This document shows positions 38,451 through 46,762 of a DNA stretch of 64,000 bases, piece after piece. This DNA is from Chitinivibrionales bacterium (GTDB lineage Bacteria > Fibrobacterota > Chitinivibrionia > Chitinivibrionales > WJKA01), in contig JBBRUX010000009.1 in assembly GCA_038247415.1 (NCBI GenBank), positions 35,498 through 99,497 on the forward strand, written 5' to 3'. Both the position numbers and the translations under genes were made by a program. The number at the start of each line of letters is the position of its first letter. Position 1 is the first letter of the stretch. A model generated the notes under the pieces. The model ran no database searches. It saw nothing but the letters and a program-made list of their open reading frames with translations, and was not told where the DNA came from.

Positions 38451-39128
38451 TTAGTTTGCTACAAGTAAACCGTCGCGAATTTTTACGACATCTTTGGCAT
38501 ATTTTAAGACATTCGCATCATGTGTAGAAAAGATAAATGTTGTGGTTTCCCGTTTGTTCATCTCAACCATCAGATCGAGAATTTGTGCGCCGGTAACCGA
38601 GTCGAGGTTGGCGGTTGGTTCGTCGGCAAGAACAATATCTGGGTTTGTTACCAGGGCTCGTGCAATTGCGACACGTTGGCGTTGTCCCCCCGAAAGCTCT
38701 GCGGGACGATGATGCATATGTTCCTTGAGGCCAACTTCCTCAATAAGCTTGGTTGCGCGGCGTGTTACTTCGGTTTTGCTATATTGCTTCATGAGAAGGA
38801 GGGGAAACTCGACATTTTCAATCGTGTTAAGAACGGGGATAAGGTTAAATGTTTGAAAAATGAATCCTATTTTATGAAGGCGAAGGTCGGTTATTTGACG
38901 GTCTTTCATACTAGTGATTTCCTGATCGCTAACTTTGACCGAGCCCGTTGTTGCTGTATCGATACATCCAATAACATTAAGCAATGTAGTTTTACCGCTT
39001 CCCGATGGTCCGATAATACTCATGAAATTGCCTCGTGCGATTGTGAGATCGATACCTCTGAGCGCATGAACTGTAGTAGTTCCTAGGGGATAATCTTTCG
39101 TAAGCCCTTTGATATCTATGATATTCAA
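38451..39128 (-). CDS. LolD/MacB-type ABC ATP-binding protein
   Basis: GPSGSGKT, LSGGQRQR, LADEPT, STHD; AGGAGG RBS with TTG start. Confidence 0.95.
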   Translation of the reverse strand: MNIIDIKGLTKDYPLGTTTVHALRGIDLTIARGNFMSIIGPSGSGKTTLLNVIGCIDTATTGSVKVSDQEITSMKDRQITDLRLHKIGFIFQTFNLIPVLNTIENVEFPLLLMKQYSKTEVTRRATKLIEEVGLKEHMHHRPAELSGGQRQRVAIARALVTNPDIVLADEPTANLDSVTGAQILDLMVEMNKRETTTFIFSTHDANVLKYAKDVVKIRDGLLVAN

Positions 39129-39250
39129 CTGTCGCCTCCTGAAAATGGGTTTGAAAGCATATGCTGTGCTTTAAGACGCATGAATGCTGCGAATTATTGC
39201 ACTAATGTTTGAATGATTATAAAGTCCATACTATTTGTCATTAGAATAGT

Positions 39251-39266
39251 AGCACATTTTATGCCA
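39251..39266 (-). promoter_or_regulatory. Sigma-54-type -24/-12 promoter of the ABC operon
   Basis: Minus strand TGGCATAAAATGTGCT = GG-N10-GC, about 120 bp upstream of the start codon. Confidence 0.65.
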
Positions 39267-39292
39267 AACCGAAATTGATACTAATTACTATA

Positions 39293-39426
39293 GAGGCAAT
39301 TGCAAAATTCTTCCAAGTCACCCTTCGACTCCGCTCAGGGTACGATTTTGGCGCCGTTTGTTGAGCTGAGCGGGGCATTGAGCATCGTCGAAATGTGGAA
39401 ATGAACGGGAGTTTTGCAACTGCCTT
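39293..39426. mobile_element. 134-bp MITE-like element containing REP-like palindromes
   Basis: Ends GAGGCAATTGCAAAATTC and GAGTTTTGCAACTGCCTT are inverted repeats, TATA on both sides; internal CCCTTCGACTCCGCTCAGGG and CATTGAGCATCGTCGAAATG. Confidence 0.75.
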
Positions 39427-39522
39427 TATAATTCTTTATCAAGATGGATATGAAAAAATTCAACATTGATATCAAAAATATATATCAAGCTAACATGAGC
39501 CTATTGACATGATTTAAATCTT

Positions 39523-40731
39523 TTAAACCCCATGCAGCTGGAATTCTCCACCTGCATAGATAACTTTTTTAGAACCATCCTTAAGAGTTGCCGTTATAAC
39601 CCTGTCGCTCGTGCTAATGATATCGGTGTGTTCGACCGACTCATTAAATCCTAGCTTTTTATATTCGGCAGATGTTGTTGTTTTAGGATTGAGTGTACAG
39701 GTGTCATGGTATGATTTTCCAATTGCTATGTGTGTATTGCCGAACTCGCCGCCAAAATTCTCATCAAAGAGAGTGTTTGCCATAAACTTAGAAATTCGTG
39801 AGAATCGTTTGTCGGTAAGTGAAAATTCGCCTACCTTATCTGCATTTTTCTGTTTGATCATGGCATGCAAGAGCGCTTCGTTTTTCTTTGCATGTGCCTT
39901 AATAATGCATCCATTTTTAAATTCGAGCGAGATATCCTTAATAATATTGCCATATTGATAAAGCGGTAGGTCGAAAAATATGGTGCCATTGGTACCGCGC
40001 CAATCTGGCGATGTAAATATTTCGAAACTTGGAATGTTGCGACCACTTCCTCCGAGCCATTGACGTTTTTCGCCCAAAGTGATGTTCAAATCGGTGTTTT
40101 TCGATTTTACATGAAGCAGATTTATGGGCATTGCAGAGAGTGTTTGTTCAATCTCATGAACCTGAGCAAATACTTTTTTCCAGGTTGCTACGGGGTCTTT
40201 TTTATCGAGGTAGCAAGCTTTAATAATTTCATCCCAGTATTCTTTCTCCGATAAACCTGCTTCGTGCGCCATGCCAGAGGTTCCATACAAACATAACGTC
40301 CAGGTAAATTTACCATTATCTTCTTTGGTGTCAAGCCATTCTCTGAAAGGTTTATTGGCCTTGTTGGACGCGACTATTTTTGATGCCTCAATTGATTTAA
40401 GGTACATTGGATCATCGTCTGCCAAAAGGCGAACCCAGTGATCGATCGATGAGGCAATGCCATCGTAATATTTTTTTGGGAAAAAAGCCAGTTGTGCTTC
40501 AGAGGCATTTTCTAAAAAAGTTGACTTAAGTGAATCATCAAGAATGTTAGTTATAACATGTCCACCCGCTTTGAGCACGGCTGAATAAACTTCTTTGGCC
40601 AAGGGTATTGCTGGCGTTTGGGTAACAAGGTAAACGGTATCGTTTTTTTTAATTCCTGTGCCTGAATTGAGAGCAAAAGTTACAAGAACTTCTGCATACT
40701 TCTTGAGTATTGTTGGAGATGGGGTATACAT
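39523..40731 (-). CDS. M29 aminopeptidase (AmpS/AmpT family)
   Basis: KYAEVLV, NIPSFEIFTSP, GEFSL, NTLFDEN, HIAIGKSY, SVEHTDII. Confidence 0.93.
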   Translation of the reverse strand: MYTPSPTILKKYAEVLVTFALNSGTGIKKNDTVYLVTQTPAIPLAKEVYSAVLKAGGHVITNILDDSLKSTFLENASEAQLAFFPKKYYDGIASSIDHWVRLLADDDPMYLKSIEASKIVASNKANKPFREWLDTKEDNGKFTWTLCLYGTSGMAHEAGLSEKEYWDEIIKACYLDKKDPVATWKKVFAQVHEIEQTLSAMPINLLHVKSKNTDLNITLGEKRQWLGGSGRNIPSFEIFTSPDWRGTNGTIFFDLPLYQYGNIIKDISLEFKNGCIIKAHAKKNEALLHAMIKQKNADKVGEFSLTDKRFSRISKFMANTLFDENFGGEFGNTHIAIGKSYHDTCTLNPKTTTSAEYKKLGFNESVEHTDIISTSDRVITATLKDGSKKVIYAGGEFQLHGV

Positions 40732-40746
40732 AGTGGTGCCTTTCTT

Positions 40747-41565
40747 TTATTCTTTACTATCGATTTGATAGGGTTTCTGAATGCATTTGTTTACTAATCT
40801 AAATGATTGGCTTGTATCTGCCTGTGCAAGAAGCTCATCGATAGTTACAAACCGGTAGCCTTTGTCCTTAAAGGCAGCAATAATAAAGGGCAGTGCAACA
40901 ATTGTATTCTCCTGCATAGGATCCTGATGCATATTGAGGCCATCGTGCAGAAGAACAATTTCACAAGCATGCATTTTAGAGCTAATTCGTTTGGTAATGA
41001 TACGGGGCGACGGGTGTTTCCAATCGTTAGGATCGATGGTCCAGTTGACAATAGTATATCCAAGATGCACAATACACTTCACCATACGCCGGCTTTCCCA
41101 ACCATGGGGCGGTCTAAAAACATGTGTTTTGATCGAAGTGAGAGAATCTACGATGCTTTCGGTTTTTAGAAGCTGGAGTTTGATTTCTTTATGAGATGCA
41201 AAAGGGAGAAGCGTTGGATGTGACCAGGTATGGTTTCCTATCTGGTGCCCCTGAGATACAATTCGTTTGAGGATTTCTGGACGCTTCTGTACATTTTTTC
41301 CAATAACAAAAAAAGTTGCTTTAATGGAATCTTTCGCAAGGATATCGAGTATTTGGGGGGTATACCGAATAGATGGTCCGTCGTCAAAAGTGAGCGCAAC
41401 TAACCTCGCTGATATTTTTGCAGGAGGATCTGCTGCAGGAAGCTCTTGTCCAGGGCTGCCCGAAATGGCACAAAAAATTGCTAACGATCCGAGCGCGCAT
41501 AGTTTCAGGATTGATCGAGAAACAATCTGATTAAACTGCGGAAGATCGTTTTCCATGAGGTGCAT
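40747..41565 (-). CDS. CE4 polysaccharide deacetylase, secreted
   Basis: LTFDDGP, HTWSHP, FRPPHG, DPNDW, LLHDG. Confidence 0.95.
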   Translation of the reverse strand: MHLMENDLPQFNQIVSRSILKLCALGSLAIFCAISGSPGQELPAADPPAKISARLVALTFDDGPSIRYTPQILDILAKDSIKATFFVIGKNVQKRPEILKRIVSQGHQIGNHTWSHPTLLPFASHKEIKLQLLKTESIVDSLTSIKTHVFRPPHGWESRRMVKCIVHLGYTIVNWTIDPNDWKHPSPRIITKRISSKMHACEIVLLHDGLNMHQDPMQENTIVALPFIIAAFKDKGYRFVTIDELLAQADTSQSFRLVNKCIQKPYQIDSKE

Positions 41566-41634
41566 AATCCTTAAATAAAACTAAATTTCTAGCGGTTTAA
41601 ATTTTACCAACAACGGAATGAGCTGTCTAACAAT

Positions 41635-42195
41635 TTATCCCTGGAATTTAGAATTGACCAGAGTTCCCCCTAATTTTCCAAGTATGGTAGCACAAACCGC
41701 AGCTGCAAGCAGTAAAACAGTAGCAATCAAATGAATCGGAAGCGTTTGGATGGGTAAGATACTATTAATAATAAAAAGAAGAAGCGAAATCACAAAAAAT
41801 CCAATTCCCCAGGCAATCTTTTGTTTAAGCATTGGGGTGGTAACTTTGCGAAACCGGGTTTTCCCATCGATAATGCCTGTTACAAAACCACCAATAACAA
41901 CAAAAGGAAGCGAAAAAAGAAGCACCATGGTTGTAGACCAAAGGTGTTGGGAAATGCTTTGGGGAGCAATAAAGAGTGCCAAAATCAAAAAGAGGCCTGC
42001 AAACGCAAATGCTTGAGGAAAATGCACAATAATTCCATGGATGTGACTATCAATAAGTGTGCGTCGTTTTTCAGATAATTTATCGGTGTCGGGCACAAAC
42101 ATTGTTTTTTTAACGCCGCATGCGGGGCACAAGTCGGGGAGTGCGCCATCTTCCATCACAAATCCGCATGCTTTGCATCGAACATATGTTTTCAT
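41635..42195 (-). CDS. Rubredoxin-like domain fused to DUF2231-like 4-TM domain
   Basis: CKACG..CPACG; HGIIVHFP; four hydrophobic helices. Confidence 0.82.
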   Translation of the reverse strand: MKTYVRCKACGFVMEDGALPDLCPACGVKKTMFVPDTDKLSEKRRTLIDSHIHGIIVHFPQAFAFAGLFLILALFIAPQSISQHLWSTTMVLLFSLPFVVIGGFVTGIIDGKTRFRKVTTPMLKQKIAWGIGFFVISLLLFIINSILPIQTLPIHLIATVLLLAAAVCATILGKLGGTLVNSKFQG

Positions 42196-42325
42196 CGGAT
42201 AGTACCTTTCTCGCTAACGAGAGACATAAAATGTTTTTGTTTAAATTCGAAAGTCTATAAAAATAATGCATGCTGATATCGGTAGTAAGAAACAGATAAG
42301 TCTGACTACTTTTTTGGATGTTTTT

Positions 42326-43108
42326 TTAAGAGGGGGAATTTGGAATAGTTGTTATATAAAGATGTCCTAAAGCTCCTTTATGAGATTGGTTTGGGCGTTG
42401 CAAAAGAGACATTGTTAGATAGTTTTTTAGCTCTTTTAGTGTAAATCCTTTTGATATCGAAACCCTGCCATCGTAAAATGTAAATGAATTTCTAAAAAAA
42501 ATGGAGCTTAATACGGTAAATCCAAAATACCAGATACTATTTCGTTCTAAATCGGAAAAGAGGATTCCTTGTCGCGCTTTAGCAGCGGTGGCAGTCAAAA
42601 GTTGGCGTATTTCGCTATCTGTTAAGTGATGAAGAAGGTGGTTTGAGAAAATGTAGTCGGCGGCTGGTATGGCGTCGGGATTTGCAATCATATCGGCTTG
42701 GATGATTGTGATTTCGGGAATGTGTGCACATGCCGTTCGTGCAAATTCGATAACGCGGGAATCGTAGTCGATGCAGGTAACCTTTGGTGTGAATCCTTGC
42801 TTTTTGCATTCTTGGACAAACCAAAGTGACGTATCGCAAGCACCGGATCCTAGATCGACAAATGAGATCGTCGAAAGATTATGTTGCTTTGCATGCGCAA
42901 AAATATGTGATCGAATAAGCGCGCGTGTTTTGCTGAGATAGATGTTGATATATCTAAATTGTTTGAGCGTTGTGTGGAGGTGAGCCGGGTTTGTGGCTGG
43001 GTCGTCCATAAGCTCGGGGGTTGTGGAGCGCGTGCTGAGATCGGGAAAGAGGAAGGGGAGATTTTTTGTGAGAAATTTCATAGTGAATGTGCTAGAAAAA
43101 TAATTCAA
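42326..43108 (-). CDS. Class I SAM-dependent methyltransferase
   Basis: RS..PELMDDP, VDLGSGACD, NHLLHHL, DGRVSI; start may be internal Met. Confidence 0.88.
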   Translation of the reverse strand: MNYFSSTFTMKFLTKNLPFLFPDLSTRSTTPELMDDPATNPAHLHTTLKQFRYINIYLSKTRALIRSHIFAHAKQHNLSTISFVDLGSGACDTSLWFVQECKKQGFTPKVTCIDYDSRVIEFARTACAHIPEITIIQADMIANPDAIPAADYIFSNHLLHHLTDSEIRQLLTATAAKARQGILFSDLERNSIWYFGFTVLSSIFFRNSFTFYDGRVSISKGFTLKELKNYLTMSLLQRPNQSHKGALGHLYITTIPNSPS

Positions 43109-43658
43109 TTCCGAGTCGCAAGCGAATTAGAGGAATCATAAGTTTGCAGCGCCTCGGGCACGTGTTTGATATCGGCAAGCGTTAATGCCTTAGAACAGGC
43201 CGATCGGGATAAATCCTGGTACCCATTTGCGATAAGAATGCATGTGTAGCCGAGTGTTTGAGCAACTTCATAATCATGCGCTGTGTCGCCAACGAGGGTA
43301 ATAGTACTCGGATTTATTTTATTAGTGTTGACATAATTGAGCGCATTGCTAACGTTACTTGAGGCATAAATATCAGAAAGCCCAATAATATCTTCGAAAT
43401 AATCTCTGAGTCTAAACGCTTCCATTTGTCTGCCAAGCTGATCCTGCGCCATTGCAGATAAAACAGATTGCCTAAAACCCAGCTCATTCAAACGCACTAT
43501 CGCCGACAGCGTATCATCGAAAAGCCGAAATGTCTCCGGTACGAAGGCTTGTCTATCGCGGGCATATCCCTTTTGATAAGGATCTTGTTTATTGCATGAA
43601 CGCATGAGTCAACATCGTTGAGCAGCGTGCCGCTCCAGTCCCAGAGAAGGAGGGTCAT
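43105..43658 (-). pseudogene. HAD-family phosphatase, frameshifted by an internal deletion
   Basis: MTLLLWDWSGTLLNDV from ATG 43658 stops at RCRR*; second frame carries RLFDD..QSVLSA..LVGDTAHDYEVA. Confidence 0.8.
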
Positions 43659-43997
43659 TGTGGTTTTTCTAAGGTTGATTCAGGGCTGACAAAAGGGTCG
43701 CTTGAGTTGCGCATGTAAAAAAGAGGCTTTCTAGGTAAGTTGAATTAAAATTGGGTGAATTAATCTCTTGATACCTATACATTTGAACAAAATATATTAT
43801 CCGGTATTCCTAACTCCTAGAACTTTTTTGAATTTTAATTAGGGCTAGAATGCAGAAATCAAAATAATGGTTCTTGTGCTTGCAAAATATACAAGTTACA
43901 AGAAGACGTTGATTGTACGTTTTATTATAAATTAGTTTTAAACGATCCTTGTTGTTCATGGGAAACGGCAACATCAAACCTACTTAAGAGGTGAACT

Positions 43998-45113
43998 ATG
44001 AAGACATTATTGTATGCATTGCAGATTGGTTTTTTTTCTCTGGTTCTTCCTTTCTCACTTCTTGCAGGACCTGATCAAGATCTTGGAGATTTCAAGGTTT
44101 TCCCCGATAATAATGTTTGGAAATGGGATGTTTCAGCGTATAAAGTGCATCCTAATTCTGTTAACTACATTGCATCAATTGGAACGGCAACTACTTTACA
44201 TCCCGATTTTGGCACCGTGTGGGCTGGCGCACCTATGGGAATTCCTTATGTGATTGTTACAGCATCTCAACTAATGATTCCTATTGTGTATACAGCCTAC
44301 GGTGATGAGAGCGATCCCGGTCCATATCCTATACCACTTTCGGCACCCGTTGAAGGCGGGCCATCAGGAGATGGTGATCGACATGTGATTGCTGTTGACA
44401 AGGATAGAAAAGCTCTTTATGAGCTCTTTAGTTCCTATCCACAACCTGCTACCTGGAAAGCCCAGTCTGGAGCAAAATTCGACTTGACAATTAACGAAGA
44501 TCATCCTCTTGGATGGACCTCGGCTGACGCTGCTGGCTTGCCTATTTTCCCTGGACTTGTTCGGTACGAAGAAGTTTATATCAAGCGCGAAATTAACCAT
44601 GCAATTCGTATGACTGTGAAAAATTCTCAGAAGGCCTATATTTATCCAGCTCGCCACTTTGCCAGCAGTAGCACCGATAAAAATCTTGCTCCTATGGGTT
44701 TGCGATTGCGTATGAAAGCTAATTATGATATTTCAAAAATGACTCAGCCAATTCAGGTAATTTGCAAAGCTATGAAAAAACACGGTCTCATGGTAGCTGA
44801 TAATGGTTCTAACTGGTATTTATCGGGAGCTCCCGATCCCCGGTGGAGCGATGACACATTAGGCGGACTAAAAAGCATTCCTGGTAGCGCGTTTGAAGTT
44901 ATTCAGAGTGTGGATAGCCTAGGAATGCCGATTGTGCCTGTATCTAGTATTGTAAACCATGAGGGGTCACGATTGCAAAAGCAGACACAACCTGTATCCT
45001 CTTTGATAAGCCTAAAAAAAGAAAGCGGTTTAACAATACGAGCGCAAGAAAATCAATCGTTACAAGTAAATGTGCAAGGTCGAAAGGTACGTGGTCAAAC
45101 CCCTAGAGATTGA
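43998..45113 (+). CDS. Secreted protein of unknown function with short C-terminal secretion-like tail
   Basis: GAGGTG RBS, signal peptide, ESDPGPYPIP..EGG..GDRHV, SADAAGLP; tail VNVQGRKV. Confidence 0.85.
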   Translation: MKTLLYALQIGFFSLVLPFSLLAGPDQDLGDFKVFPDNNVWKWDVSAYKVHPNSVNYIASIGTATTLHPDFGTVWAGAPMGIPYVIVTASQLMIPIVYTAYGDESDPGPYPIPLSAPVEGGPSGDGDRHVIAVDKDRKALYELFSSYPQPATWKAQSGAKFDLTINEDHPLGWTSADAAGLPIFPGLVRYEEVYIKREINHAIRMTVKNSQKAYIYPARHFASSSTDKNLAPMGLRLRMKANYDISKMTQPIQVICKAMKKHGLMVADNGSNWYLSGAPDPRWSDDTLGGLKSIPGSAFEVIQSVDSLGMPIVPVSSIVNHEGSRLQKQTQPVSSLISLKKESGLTIRAQENQSLQVNVQGRKVRGQTPRD

Positions 45114-45127
45114 TATTTATCGCAATG

Positions 45128-45808
45128 TCAGGTCACAAGCGAATTTGGGGTGAGAAATAGGTCTTCTACGTTGCACCAGCGCACGCTGGCATCCGAAGAA
45201 AATTTTTGAATTGTAGATTCGAAATCCACCCACATTGGCTCCGATATCATTTCGTACGAATGCCCCCAAAAGTAAAAGACGCCGGTTATTTTTGCTTCCT
45301 CAAAAAATTTCCAAAAGTTTACATCTTGAAAATGGCATGATGGATGCAATTCAAAGGGGTTTTTTGGTGGAAATACGGTATTTGTTGTTCCAATGGTTCG
45401 TGCATAACTATGTCCAGCTTGTTCTACTGCTTTCATCGCACTGGAATTATACGTCCCAAATGGATACGCAAACCCGAGTATGGTCTGGTCAAAGATGTCT
45501 TGCAGGCGTTTTCGCCCAATAGATACATCCTGTGCCGCTTCCTCAAAAGGTAATTTGTCAAGATACGGATGCATGAGCCCATGATTGGCAATCACAAAAC
45601 CCTCGTACACGTCACGCAATTCGTGCAGCCCAAGGTGATCTACGGTTGTACCTTTGTGCATCCACCCAAATTGACGATTGGCAGTATGAAGCCCTGCGTT
45701 GAGGTTAAATGTTGCGGATGCATTGTGTTTGCGAAGGATTTCTGTAAGTCGAATATCTGCGGTTATGCCATCGTCCCAGCATTGGACTATTTTCAGGGGA
45801 GCGTTCAT
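45128..45808 (-). CDS. CE4 polysaccharide deacetylase, cytoplasmic type
   Basis: QCWDDG, NHGLMHP, FAYPFG, FWGHSYE. Confidence 0.9.
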   Translation of the reverse strand: MNAPLKIVQCWDDGITADIRLTEILRKHNASATFNLNAGLHTANRQFGWMHKGTTVDHLGLHELRDVYEGFVIANHGLMHPYLDKLPFEEAAQDVSIGRKRLQDIFDQTILGFAYPFGTYNSSAMKAVEQAGHSYARTIGTTNTVFPPKNPFELHPSCHFQDVNFWKFFEEAKITGVFYFWGHSYEMISEPMWVDFESTIQKFSSDASVRWCNVEDLFLTPNSLVT

Positions 45809-46027
45809 AGGTCTTGCTCGAGGTTAATGGTTGATAACAAATTTTTTATGCAGAGTAGCCACTGTCTGAATGTCTCGTAATAAAATAGATTATGAATTTT
45901 GGGGTGGGAACAAAAGTATGTTTAAAATGGGCTTTAAACTTATTTTGAGTTTGCAGAGCAATTACACGCCTACAAAGTATTTTATTGCAGACTAAGGAAA
46001 AGCTACATTTTTTTTCGTTAGGATACT

Positions 46028-46762
46028 ATGGCATCACAAAACGATTCACATATCGACTGGGTAGGCAGTGAGCTTGATACACCTCTTGCTAAACGCGATT
46101 ATAATCGCAAGCTCTTTGTAGAGGTTTCTTTGACATATGATAAAGCTACCCCGTGGCTTTCTTTTTTTCGCGATAAAGCGTGGAAAAAAAAGCTCGTTTC
46201 GCTTGTTGGAAAAGCAGACCCTCGCGTTGTTGTTGATATTGCCTGCGGCACAGGTGATATAACGCTTTTATTGCATAATCGCTGGCCCATGTGCAAGATA
46301 TGGGGAACCGATTTAACCCGCGAAATGATTACACAGGCTCCCAGCGCACCGGGCGTAACGTATTGTCTTGCTGATATGCAAAAGCTCGGAATTGCCACTG
46401 CTTCCTGCGATATTGTTACGGGCGGATATGCGCTGCGCAATGCTCCAGATTTACAACAGACATTACGTGAAGTATATCGAGTCCTGAAACCTGGGGGGTT
46501 CGGCGCATTTCTTGATTTTTCTCATTCGTCTAACTGGTTTATTGCTTTGGGGCAGTATTTTATTCTTAAAGTGTGGGGTTCAATCTTTGGCCTTGTTTTT
46601 CACCGGAATGCTGCAGTGTACGGCTATCTTGCCGACAGTCACCGTAAATTTCCTGCCACGGTTCATTTGCGTACCTTGTGTGGTCAAGAAAAAATACCGG
46701 TGATTATTGAGAAGCGATGCATGATGGGACTTTTAAGAATCTGGATTCTTTGCAAGCAATAA
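46028..46762 (+). CDS. UbiE/MenG-family methyltransferase
   Basis: VDIACGTGD, GYALRN, EVYRVLKPGG, YGYLADS. Confidence 0.88.
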   Translation: MASQNDSHIDWVGSELDTPLAKRDYNRKLFVEVSLTYDKATPWLSFFRDKAWKKKLVSLVGKADPRVVVDIACGTGDITLLLHNRWPMCKIWGTDLTREMITQAPSAPGVTYCLADMQKLGIATASCDIVTGGYALRNAPDLQQTLREVYRVLKPGGFGAFLDFSHSSNWFIALGQYFILKVWGSIFGLVFHRNAAVYGYLADSHRKFPATVHLRTLCGQEKIPVIIEKRCMMGLLRIWILCKQ

